The notes under the pieces were generated by a model. The model searched no databases. It worked only from the letters and a program-made list of their open reading frames with translations, and had not been told where the DNA came from. Positions 1 to 11,459 of a stretch of DNA of 64,000 nt are shown in pieces. Origin of the DNA: Raillietiella orientalis (lineage: Eukaryota); contig JAYWIR010000006.1 in assembly GCA_036172245.1 (NCBI GenBank), positions 5,580,001 to 5,644,000 on the forward strand. The letters run 5' to 3'. The first letter of the stretch is position 1. Each line of letters begins with the position of its first letter. The position numbers and the translations under genes are program-made.

Positions 1-880
1 AATTTGCTTCTGTTTTTATTTTGGTTGTGTTTCTTGTTTGGTGTAGTAAGCAACTGCCTTTCAAGTTACATAATTTCTTGCATGTACAAAAAGAATGTAG
101 TTGTAGATAATTTGTAGAATGAATTTCAAAATAATTCAATGTTTGAACAAGGAAAAAGTGCTGATAGATCTATTAGCTGAACTTATTTGACTTGCCATCA
201 TACTATTCATCATATGTATTTTAACTTCTCATGTGGTGTTGGCTTGCATTTTTGTGTTGATCATGCTAATTCACACATGGCTGTAAGCAGTAAAGGATCA
301 ATAACATAGTATTGGTGGGTCCAGCATATTTTTAGTTTGAATTTTAGTTCTGTTTTTTTTTTACTGTGAATCAGCTGTCTTAATTCAGAGTATTCTTTTA
401 CTTCACTTTTTTCTTAAGAGGGATTTGTCATTATTGTTTTTATTATTAGTGATCCATTTTTTCTTAAAAAAGCAGAAAGGTATTTTTCTTATTTCAAGCA
501 TGGCTTTATGATACTGAGTACTATGTTTGTAGGTGTTTAAGGAAATATGAGAATCAATTCATTTTTTGTGGAAGTAAATCTTACAGAAATATTTGCTTTA
601 AACAGTGTATGCAATAAATTGTAAGTAATGTATGTCTAATCAAGTGCAATTGCATTAGCTTTCTGAAGTGCTTAGGATTGTATTCTGTTATACGCAATTC
701 ACAATTTTGTAAGGTTTGGCTAAATGAGTAGGTGAAATTTTAGATGTATTATTTATGAAGTAAAACATTAACCAAATTGTCACTTCAAAATTGTGTAAAG
801 AGCATCTTTAAAATGTATATGTGTATTCATACGTGTCAAAATTGTATATCTGTGTTTCACATTCATTGTACACTTGCTAG

Positions 881-2821
881 ATACCAGTGAATGCCAAAGA
901 AGACCTAAAATTAATGATGCTGGCGTTAGCCAATATATATGGGTAGGCAGTCACTTGATACTGTATCTCATCTGAGGTGTTATTGTAACTCCAGAATTGA
1001 ATTCCATATTTATGACCATTTAGAGCAGAAACCCACAATTGTGCCATTTGAAAATGTGAAATTTCATGTTGTGGCATTTTTATCTGATCAAAGTCATTTT
1101 GATTCGATATTTGGCTGTGGATTTATTGCTGCTGCAGGAATATGCCAATGTAAGCTTTATGCTGATTGTAGTAATGTCATTCAAAATTTCCATTCAGCAA
1201 TACTCTATGAACTATTATATGCTCGTGTGTTTGGCTTTACAGATGCAATGAAAGAAAAAGACAAAATGTTGCATGGTAAACATTATTCCAAATCAAATGA
1301 TGCGATGAATTTATTTAATCGGTGAAGTGTATTTTTTTTTTTTTTTTTTTTTCCGCAATATCTTTCCTAATATAGTTTGTGCTAATACAGGACAGATTTA
1401 TTTCATGATCATAGTCAGAAGAGAACTCCACCCTTTCCTTACAAAGTAGCCAAAGCTTTGGATGCTGAGCTTTATCGTAATATCGATTTTGATGTTTGGG
1501 TAGAAAGCCTGAGAGGTAAGTTTCCTTAGCTGTTAACCTTCTTGTAATGTTTTTAGAACTTCATGACAGAGAACATGGTGCAAATGAAGATGGGTTTGGA
1601 GTAGGAAAAAAGTGCTTGGTATGCTTGGAACCTGGATTGATTTACCATGGACATATCCAGAAAATATCTAGCAGTAGAGACACTGTAGTCGTTTACATAG
1701 TGGAACTATGTGAAAAGTAAAACAACGTTTCACAGACAATTATGTTTCAATGTTCTCTTAGAAGGGAAGTTCCATACACTTGTTTACAGCATCCGTACAA
1801 AGTAGCTGTTTCATCTGTTTGTGATCTTGCTGATAACAGGGGTTCCCTCCCCAATTCTCAAGGTACATGGTAATTGAAATTGCAGATACTATCCGTTATT
1901 ATCTTGAGTTTAGAATTTACTAATTCGGAGTTGACTGCTCCTTTTAATGTTGATGTGTCTGCCAAGACTGTTTGCAGTAAGGAAGCTAATCCACATCAAA
2001 GGAAACATCACAAACCATCAGATACGGTGAGAAAGGTTGAATGCAAAATGTTAATGCTTGCTTTAAATTTGATTTGTATTCTGTGTATATCAAGTGTATT
2101 ATCAGGTTTTTTTATAGCATGTGTATTCATTGTCTTCAGTTGGTAAACTATTTTTCTTAGATTGCTAATAAAGCTCACCATTTTTCTCAGTTTAAAGGGT
2201 AGCTAGAACTTCTCTGTTCATCTGTAACTGTCAGTTGCATCTTGATATGGGCGTGGTTTGTGCTTTTGGTGTTATTCTTTTCTTTCCTGTTGCATGCAGA
2301 ACATGAGATGGGGAAAAACTATGATATGCAGAACACCAATTGGAAGGAGTCCAGTTTTCAACAAGGCTGTGAATCCCTTTCCAAATTTTTCCAATGACTC
2401 CATGTTCTGTTATCCCGTTCAGGACTATATTGTACCTAGTTATCCATATTTTATACTTCCTTCTTCAGGTTTCATGCCATCTTACCTGAATCCTCCCAGT
2501 CTTTCCTATTGTTTACCTGTTTCCCATGGGGAGAGACTGAACAAAGGCACAGGTAGCATGTGATTCTATGTAATTAGTCTTATATGGCCTGTTAACATAT
2601 GTTCTTTGTAGATCGGAACCGAAATACCCTCTTAAATGTTCAGCAGCATGCAGCAGGTGTCATGGCACATCCTTTCCCATGTATGGCTGCACCGTTCATC
2701 ATGCCACACTCATCACCACCCTTGCCATTGTTTCCAGAACCAGGCACACCATTTAAAATAGGAGGTAAAAAATTTGAAAAGACTAGGAAGTCATTAAAAT
2801 CATATTGCTTTATCAGATTAG
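881..2821 (+). CDS. OTU-domain + Tudor-domain protein, OTUD4/ALG13/otu family (5' end lies upstream of the window)
   Basis: Spliced exons with GT-AG boundaries and consistent phases: 881-942, 995-1149, 1198-1321, 1391-1515, 1557-1716, 1762-1862, 1914-2026, then lower-confidence Pro-rich exons ~2300-2552 and ~2612-2764 and a possible stop at ~2821. Translation gives the OTU His motif 'SHFDSIF', then '[16 protein letters not shown]' and '[23 protein letters not shown]' (characteristic OTUD4/ALG13 blocks), then Tudor-like '[10 protein letters not shown]...YHGHIQKI...[16 protein letters not shown]'. Confidence 0.85.
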
Positions 2822-3072
2822 AGCAGCAAAAGATAATTCCAATGTGGGAGCCTGGGATCCATAAATTCCACTTTGGATCCTCTTGTTTTCCATCTTGTTT
2901 GCAACATGGGTTGGCCATGCAGTTGAACATTCTCCATATGCAGTGTATGCAGTACTTGGTTTATTTGTAGTTTGTTTTTCTGTCCAAGTTTGAGAAAAAA
3001 GTTTTTTTGTGGGCAGGTGGTTGGGTGCATGTTCTCTTGCAGAGGCAGTATAGTTTTTTTTTTTTTTTTACT

Positions 3073-5423
3073 TTATTCTTGTTTCCCACTACTATTGTCT
3101 TGTTGGGCTTTCCAGAGGGAACTATACTTGCTTGCGGAGTTCCTGAGTAATTGTAAGTGTGTTCCTTGTTCTTCCACAACGCCATTATTCAAAACAAGGA
3201 TTTCATCTGCATCAACGATGGTGGACAAACGATGAGCAATCACAATAGAAGTGCGCCCTTCACAAGCCTGCTGCAGAGCCCTCATTATCTTTTGTTCCGT
3301 GATTGTATCTAAAGAGGAGGTAGCTTCATCAAAAACGAGGATGGGTGATTCCTTCAACACAGCACGAGCTATAGCAACACGCTGCTTCTCTCCACCAGAG
3401 AGTTTTAAACCACGTTCACCAACTAGGGTGTCATACTGCTGTGGCCAAGACATTATTGTGTTGTGCAGATCTGTAATCTTGCTTGCATTCTCGATATCAG
3501 TTTTACTCTTTGTTAAGTCTCCATAAGCAATGTTTTCATAGATGGAAGTGTGGAACAAAACAGTGTCTTGTGGTACCACAGCTATGGCACGCTGTAGACT
3601 AGCCAAGGTTACATCAGATATGCGTTGATTACAAATGTAAATGTGACCTTGCTGCGTTTCCAAAAAGCGAAAAAGTAAACGGATAATAGTAGATTTCCTA
3701 TGAACAGAATTTAGAGTATGGGGAAAGTCACTTTGGGCTGTAGTCACCCTGATCCAGATCCACCAACAATGCCGACTTTCTGGCCAAAAGGCACTTCAAA
3801 ACTCAGTCCTTTCAAAATTGGTTTCTCAGGAACATATGAGAAATGTACATTATCAAACACGATGTTACATTTGTTAGCTGGTATACACAGAGCTACTGCA
3901 GTAGCCTTTTCCTAAACACAGAAAAGGGGGATGGAGGAACAGAATTCTGAGTAAAGACTGCGAAATTAGCTATACCTTAATTGCTGGCTCCACATGCAAC
4001 AGAGAAAACATAGTCATCATATCAATGAATGCCTGGCGTACTTCACGATACACTGATCCCAAGAAGTTCAATGGCTGAGACAGCTGGAACAGTAGCCCAT
4101 TGACCATGATAAGATCACCAACAGTCATTGTTCCTGATGCAATGCCCTGACTCGCCATTATCATGACCAAGCTTAAGGAAACACTAAAAATCACGTTTTG
4201 TCCAAAATTTAACAATGCCAAACTAGTGCTTGTTTTCAGAGAGGCTGCCTCAAATTTGCTGAGTGCAGCATCATACTTCCTGGCCTCGTATTCTTCATTT
4301 CCAAATAACTATTAAAGGATAAACAACCTCCTATAAGCAAACAAAGACTTCTCACCTTTATGGTTTCGTAATTGATGAGGGAATCAAACACTTTGTTGCT
4401 AGCTTCATTTTCAGCACTGTTCATGTACAAGCGGTACTTGGTGCGCCATTGGGTCACTGCTAATGTGAACACAGTATAGCAGCTGATGCATGCCATTGTA
4501 ACTGCAGCAAATGAGGACCCGCAATGGTACCACTAATGTTGTGGTGTAAGCATCACACCATATGAATTAGAAATCTCACCATGATGCTGCTAACCAAGAA
4601 TACCTCAAATATTGTGGGGGCGATATTAAACACAAGAGCAGAGAGTATAAAATTGATCCCCCGTGATCCTCGATCAATAGCTTTACAGAGGGTTCCAGTT
4701 TGGCGTGATAGGTGGAAGTTTAGATCCAAGTTATGAAGATGTAGAAAAACTTTTCGTGCCAACTTCCTGATGGAACTCTGGGCCACTTTGGCAAACACTG
4801 CACTGCGTAGCTCATTGAGACCAGCTGCTCCTGCCCGAGCTGCACCATCTGCAGATTCCAGAATTCAGCTGTATTTGTCAGCCTCATTTCCTACAGCCTA
4901 TTAGAATTGCTGTGATCATGGTAGCAGTTGTAGTCTGTGCATCTGCTAAGCTCATCAATTCATGGTTTGCATTCATAGCATCAACAGCAAACTTGAGAAG
5001 AAAAGGAACAAGTGAATTGACGACTTTAGCACTAATCAACAGTGCCACTGAAATCACCACTCTCTTCTGTGTAGGTCGATCATCCTATAAACAACAGGAG
5101 AGAAACAAAAAGATGTTATGAGGTCTGAGGTCAAATCTCACCTTTGGCCACACGTATGAGAACATTGTCTTTATCATCTCACCAGTTGAGACTTTATAAT
5201 TATCAACATAGAGCTTCTCATCATTAGATGGAGACTGATGATTGTGAATTGATTGCAAGGAAGTAGTGTTACACTTAAGCCAGTTCAGCACCTGCACAGG
5301 GGCAATAGGCATACATGATACTCCTTTATGAAGATAGCCGAATTTGCTTTTTGAGCATGTGCTCAAGCAGAGAATTCTGCTCTTTGTAACAGGGGGAAGA
5401 TGCTGCAACCATTTACACAGCAT
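3073..5423 (-). CDS. ABCB7: Mitochondrial ABC half-transporter ABCB7/ATM1 (Fe-S cluster biogenesis export), 679 aa
   Basis: Seven exons 5423-5142, 5084-4895, 4848-4580, 4532-4356, 4308-3976, 3911-3748, 3697-3073 join in frame (2040 nt) with GT-AG introns of 57, 46, 47, 47, 64 and 50 nt. Motifs: 'SYVWPK', '[18 protein letters not shown]', '[10 protein letters not shown]', '[11 protein letters not shown]', Walker A GGSGSGKST (split by intron 6), signature LSGGEKQR, Walker B ILVFDE, H-loop IAHRLST. The start ATG is inferred. Confidence 0.95.
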
Positions 5424-5519
5424 TTCCCACTTATTCTTAGGTTTATTCAAGTGAATAGTTCTAAATCATAACTAATAATGAGGATTTTACGTCAACCTAG
5501 AAACTAATAAAGACAATAT

Positions 5520-6838
5520 TTACAAACCATTCAAATGTATACAATTCTGCAAGAGATTTCTGTGTTCAGTCAACAAGAGACATATTGCTTGCACACACTT
5601 GCACTGCATATTTAATGTTAAAGAACAAAGGCAGTTTTCAATTTCCTTAATCTTGAATGTTAAAATTTTATATGCAAGCATTTTTGAAGATAGTGAAAGT
5701 GTCACACAATCTGCTCCATAAATGCTAACTGAGCAATCATCTAGAGAGTTTTTCGACATCACATTTATAGACTGCTGTAAGGTCCATGACAATCCATCAG
5801 AATTCACAAACCAATTTGTATCAAGATCGTATTTACTAATCACATTCCATTTCTCTGCCATAGAACGCACCTTTGCAGCACTAAAAGCTTGCTGAACATC
5901 TTCTTTTGTGATAGGGACTGCATCATATGCATTGGAACTACTAACAAATCCATAGTTTATTAACAATGCAATGTTATCATGAGACCCATAATTCAGAAAC
6001 ACTTCACTGTACTGATAAAAGCAGGCACCAGTAGATATTAGCAAAGAATTACTTGATCTGACAAACTGCACACCAGTTGATGCTACTGAAGAATGATTAA
6101 GAAGATCCGCAAAAGGTACCAACGCATAAGAACAAGTGGAATCATATTCAATGTACATATAGCGTGTATGCACTGTAATCCAGGACCACTTAAAATGTTC
6201 TTCAAATCTACTCCAATTTTCCAACATACAATTTGGATAATTTTTAAATGCCTTCTTCAATGCCTGAAGCTCAGCTTCATATATGTTAAACAGACTAATG
6301 ATTTTGGTCCGAAGGTAACAAGGAAGAAGGTAAAGTAACGATTTTTCAAGGTTTATCACATGTGATGGATACACTTTAGGCAAAATCCGGAAATAAGGGG
6401 TCCAAAATGAATTTTTCAGTTTCTCACAAAACACAAAAGCAATTAGTTTTACTTTGTTACAGCAGTCGCTAAAATACTGTTCTATGTAAGTGAATTTTAA
6501 TGACCAATTACTGATTAAAAGATTATCAGGAATTTCAAGGAATGCTGTACTTGCAGGAATGTAATTCAGGGTCATCAAACCTCGACCTGTTGCATCAAAG
6601 CACATTGGCTTCAACTTCACAATAGATTTCCATCCATTCTGATGTAGAAATTGCATAAATACGATGAAATCCTTGAAAAACATTTCAAGTGAGAATGTCT
6701 ACTGCCAAAGCGGGGGAGAGGGGGGAAAGAGGGTACGGTAAGAGAATCCGTCTGGCTACTTACACGATCAAGAACACACAAGCTTGGAGGAAGGATAAAC
6801 TTTTTATGCCTCTTCCTGATTCGCTTTGTACGCCCCAT
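5520..6838 (-). CDS. SETD4: SET domain lysine methyltransferase SETD4 (Rubisco-LSMT-like family)
   Basis: Exon 1 6838-6764 encodes MGRTKRIRKRHKK (SETD4-type N-terminus) followed by a GTAAGT donor. Exon 2 from ~6698 to 5520 encodes 'FDATGRGLM', 'SFWTPYFRILP', 'WSWITVHTR', 'ALVPFADLLNHS' and 'EVFLNYGSHDNIALLINYGF'. The exact acceptor is uncertain (see findings). Confidence 0.9.
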
Positions 6839-8649
6839 ACTTTTACGAACAGAAACTGCAATCAGATAGGAGCTTCTTTTTTGTCAATAACGAATTGGAG
6901 TGGGCATGACAAACAGAACAGAATCCCTAACTGCTCCTTTGATAGGTCTCGGCAGCATGCAACTCCAAGGCAGGCAAATAGGCTTTCCACAGAAAACAAA
7001 ACAAAAAACTTAACAAACATGGAGGCAAGTTTGGGATGGCACATTATTTTTTTCCTGCAGGAACCAAGAAGCCATCCCGGATGCGGCCTTGCAAGAACGA
7101 GATGTTCACGGTGCTCACCCATGCCCCAGCCGTCCCGTGACCCATCACTAAGCAACAACACGATGCGTTTCGTAGTCCGTGGAGACGCATTCCTGTCAAC
7201 CCGGAAGCCGTCGCCGGACAAGAACACTCACTCTTTGGTTTGCAGGTGTGGCCAACACGGTGGATTCGTCGCCACGTGTGGATGATTACGACAACAACAA
7301 CAACAACAACAGCGAAAGAAAAAGAAAGGAAACGGTGATGCCCCCAATTTCGAGGGCGACTCGGCTTCGCATCAGCGCGCTTCGCACTATGCAAACACAA
7401 AAGACGGGAGAACTTCGGGACTTCAAACAACGGAAACACTTCAAGCGAAAATCGCAACTCCGACCGGAATCTGCAGAGGGATGCTTTCGCTCGCGCCGGT
7501 GCAACAACGGTCAGCATCGCTGCGCAACGAAACACCCCGTCACCCGCCATCACGAAGAGGCAGGTAGCCTTGGAAACCACACCTGCTACCCAAGGTGATC
7601 GCGGACTTCGCAGCTCCCGCTGGGATCTCTTATGAGAAAACACCACGCAGCACTGGTTTGGGGGATATCCGCGCGCGAGACGGATCCTGCCTGCCGGATG
7701 CTGCGCTGATGCAACGCGCACGCTTCCGCTGAGACGGAGACGCGAGGGAGGGAGGAGGCGCGCGCAGTGCACACTCCACGCACACGGCAAAAGCGAATTT
7801 CGTTGCCGTGCACATGGAGAAGGTGCATTCGTGGAACTAAGCACCTTTCACGGTGAGAAGACAGACAGGAGCAGCGCAGGGACTCGTCGGAACCTGTGTA
7901 AACTTCGCGTCAGCGGGGACAGAGGATTCTCAGATCCGCTGGTCGCGAAGTCAGCAAGGCGACCGAGGTCGAGAGAACTCGGGCGGAAATGCTGGGCCCT
8001 CTTTCCAAGAGCCGCGCCTGAACTCGGTTGCCATGACGTTTCCTTTCTTCTTCTTGGGAAGCGATGCTCAATGACCTGTCAAAGCTGGAAACGCCTCACT
8101 GATCGATGCAAGGCATCAGCCCACGGTTTTCGTCTTCCGGATAACGGTAGGCATCTTCGCGGGCCTTTAAGGATGCTCGCCGCGAAAACTCGGATAGGTG
8201 ATTGCACGGACGAGCGCAAAGTTAAGCACACATTGAGTGAATTATCCCGACAGCATCGTGCACCTCTTCGCCAACCAGGCGAAAGAAACATTGCACTCAG
8301 AGGCATGGAGAACAGGAAAATGAAAATTTGCTAAAGGTTAAGTCACGCGAGCCAAAATGTCAAGAACCCTGGAGCTGCTACGAAGACCACCGCGTAGCAC
8401 AAGCAGCTTGTAAGTCGGGCGCGAAACGTAGAAACGTGCATGAGGCCGTTTTCGAGTAACTAATCGTCGTTATCGTCCTGCTCAGAAATTCCCAAATAAA
8501 TCTGGACCAGGGACCGAACTCCGTTCCCAGTGTCTTAAGCTGATGCCTGACTTAAAAAAGGCAGAAAAGAGTTTAGGGGACATATTTTGGAAGCGTCGAA
8601 GAGGTGCCATCATTTTGGACTCCTGAGAGAGCATCACTTCCCAATTTGG

Positions 8650-9200
8650 GCAAAAGCCTCGCCACATCCGCCACCACAGCGGTGGTCTATTGTATTTTGC
8701 CTACAGACAAGTGCAAGTGGAGTGGAGCTCCAGTTTTTCACTGCGGGCTGGAAATCGCAGCATCTCGTCCATGGGCCTGGAGATGCAGGCTGGAGGATCC
8801 CTTTGCTTCTTTCGCGGCAGTTTGCGGACCACTCGATCCCAGCGTTCGCGCTCTGGAGCGCCAGCACTCGCCCTGTCGCTCATGCTGAGCTGACAGGTTT
8901 TCCAATCTCCACTTTTGAATAAGACTCCTGCCTGCAAGCCCTACGGAGCGTTGCGGGGTGGAAAATCGTGTTCAGAGCGCGAAAGGAACGACAAGCTGCG
9001 TCCGTCCAAGGCAGGCATGTAATTTTTAGAAAATACCCGAAAGGGAGCGTAGAGGTGCTGCGTGCGGAGCAGCGCAACGGCTGCTGCGAAGCAGGAAACC
9101 CATTCCAGGGATTCGCCCCGAGGGAGCCAAGGTGATCAACACTTCGAAAGATCGCGAACACGCCCGACATCCGAGAGGGAAGAGAAGAAGATGGGAGGGA
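8650..9200 (-). mobile_element. Decayed Ty3/Gypsy-like pol fragment (RT connection / RNase H)
   Basis: Motifs appear in the expected order across frameshifts and stops: 'PWTDAACRSFRALNTIF' (~WT..C..AF..LK..L), 'GLQAGVLF' (~GLGAVL), 'GKPVSSA*' (~RPVAYAS), 'AGIEWSA' (~LAIxWA). Recognised by eye only. Confidence 0.45.
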
Positions 9201-11459
9201 GGGGAAGGGAGACTCCAAGTGAAGAGGCTGGTGGTGGTGGCGGCTCCAGGTTTGTTTTTGCTACAAAATGAGGAGCTCCGTACCGTCCACCGGTTCCGTC
9301 GCTGCCCCGAACAGGACTGCGCACCGCGCTTCGTTGCTGGAGGCGTGCTGGAGGCAGAACTGCGAAGAAAAGGAGATCAGAAGCCCCCGATCCGAATACA
9401 CACTGGGAAACTGTCGTGCGACTGCCGCTCCTTGCAGGCTCCTCAGAATCCCTGCAGCAGAAGGAACCTCCCCCGCTTTCCCCCTGCCTCAGGAGACGCC
9501 TCCGAGGCACCGCCGCTTCACAGATGCTCTAGTGCAGTCGAAAATTTCGGTGCAAACAAAGGGAGGCGGAAACCTCCCTGATCTTCCCCCCCCCCTCCCT
9601 CTCTTACCCTGTCACTTCGAAACTGACTTCCGGGGTTTTCCTGGTGATCCTCCCACGATGATGGAAACCCCGTGGGTCGTTCTGCTTTCGTCCTCAGTCC
9701 ACCAAGTGCTCAGGGAGGCTCACTCCGAGAGAAAGGGGGAGAGGATCGCAAGGATCCCTTTGGACGACGTCACTGCGACCTAGGGTGCGTGCAACTCGAT
9801 CGTGGGGAAACCTGGAAGGGAATCGCTGCCTACGCTCTCCTCCGAAGTGCTTCCCCGAAGGAAACGGCCCTCCTGACGAACCGAAGAGGGGGACCCCATG
9901 AAGCGATGGAGGACACCTCGCTTGGGGTCGACTCCTTTGCACAAACTCGAGTGGAACTCCGTTACTCACGGAAAGACTATGCCCAATTCCGCGGTAGGTC
10001 TCCAGAGCTCCCGAGCGCCATCCTGTGGGAGGAGATGGCAGGGAGGGGGGAAAGAAGAGGGACTCGAAACTCACGACACATATCACTATTCTAGGAGCCG
10101 ATATCTCAAGGGTTGGGTGGAGGGTGTTGGAGTCATCGATGGCAGGTGCCGCTGCGGCCATCGCGGGTTCCATTGCTGGCGCGCGTCCAGGAGTTTGCAT
10201 GAAGCGGCACATCCGTCCATCCCGGTCTTCAGGGAAGGAGTTCTCTCGGACGCGTGCGCCTTCGAGATTGCGAAATCGCAGCAACAGGGGGAGAAGTGAC
10301 ATTCGACCTCTGAGGGTCGGCACTCGCCCACCCATCCAGAGAAGTGGGGCGCAGCAGTCTCCCTACTGGTGGATCCCCCTCATCCACATCTGCGGCAGAG
10401 AGTTCGCTGCCAGCGGACTGCACTTTGTCTGCAGCCAGTTTCCGACCAGCGGGGGTCAGCTGCGCGCCTGGTTGCCTGGGGAGACGGACGGGAGGACGAC
10501 TCTACTGACGGCGGCCGAAGAGCTGACTCGCGTCTCCCATCGCGCGGAAGGGGTGGGGTCCTCCCGTCTTCCCCTGCACCTCCCCCTCTTTGCTTTCGCA
10601 CTGCCCCGGGGTCGGCGGCGAGGGAATGAGGGCGCCTCGTTGCAGGAGCGAAAGGCAGGGGGAGAGGAGGCGCTCAGCGACCCGAGGGAGCCTCTCCCTC
10701 TCATCGGACTGCATCCAGCCGCCCCTCCCCGCTCCCTAGCTTGTCCTCATCTTCGCCGCCTCTCTTTTTGTCGACCGGAGGTTATGGGATCTCGAGGCGG
10801 GCTTGTAGGGAGCGCTTCCTCCTCCCTTTCCCCCTCCTCACCTACGCCGAGTCCCGCAAGGCGTGTCCGAACATCGCGCCACTCCGCGACGACGCCATAG
10901 CGCTGCCGACGGAGAGCTACGCCTTCAGAGTGGAAAGGAGGTCCTTCCGCTACTGGTTAGCGGCCAGCGGAAGACCACAAACTCCCTTCAGGAGTGACCT
11001 CTCTCGGGAAGGGGAGTAGCGGCGACAGCCGCTCGACCCCGGACGACCCTCCCTCACAGTCACCTCAGACCTCGTCCCCAGGAAGATCCTTGGGTCACGG
11101 AGCTGTTGGGCGCGAGGACATCGGTGGGCCCTGCTCGGCGGACATCTTGAAGTCGTGACCTCCGCACCCGAAGACACGTATCCTCGCGGCCCGGCGCCCG
11201 GGACCGTCATGACGACTGCGCCGCCCTCCAACCACTCCGGGATCATCTGGGTGGTGACGATCCTTCTCCAAGTTCCGGCGAGCAGAGACCCAGAAACCTT
11301 TCGAAACGCGAGGTCTCTGCACGTCCTCCACGTCGCTAGCGGAGGCTTCTCCGCTGCCTTCGCATCGTAGCGGCGCAGCCCGGAACTCTGCAGAACGGGG
11401 CCGGGAATCTTCCCGAAGACCGCTGCGAGATGCAACGTTCGGAACGAACTCGCCAGAGC

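Noticed and set aside
3054..3077. A-run just after the ABCB7 stop/AATAAA suggesting a processed retrocopy
   Set aside because: The gene retains six introns; homopolymer runs are common throughout the window.
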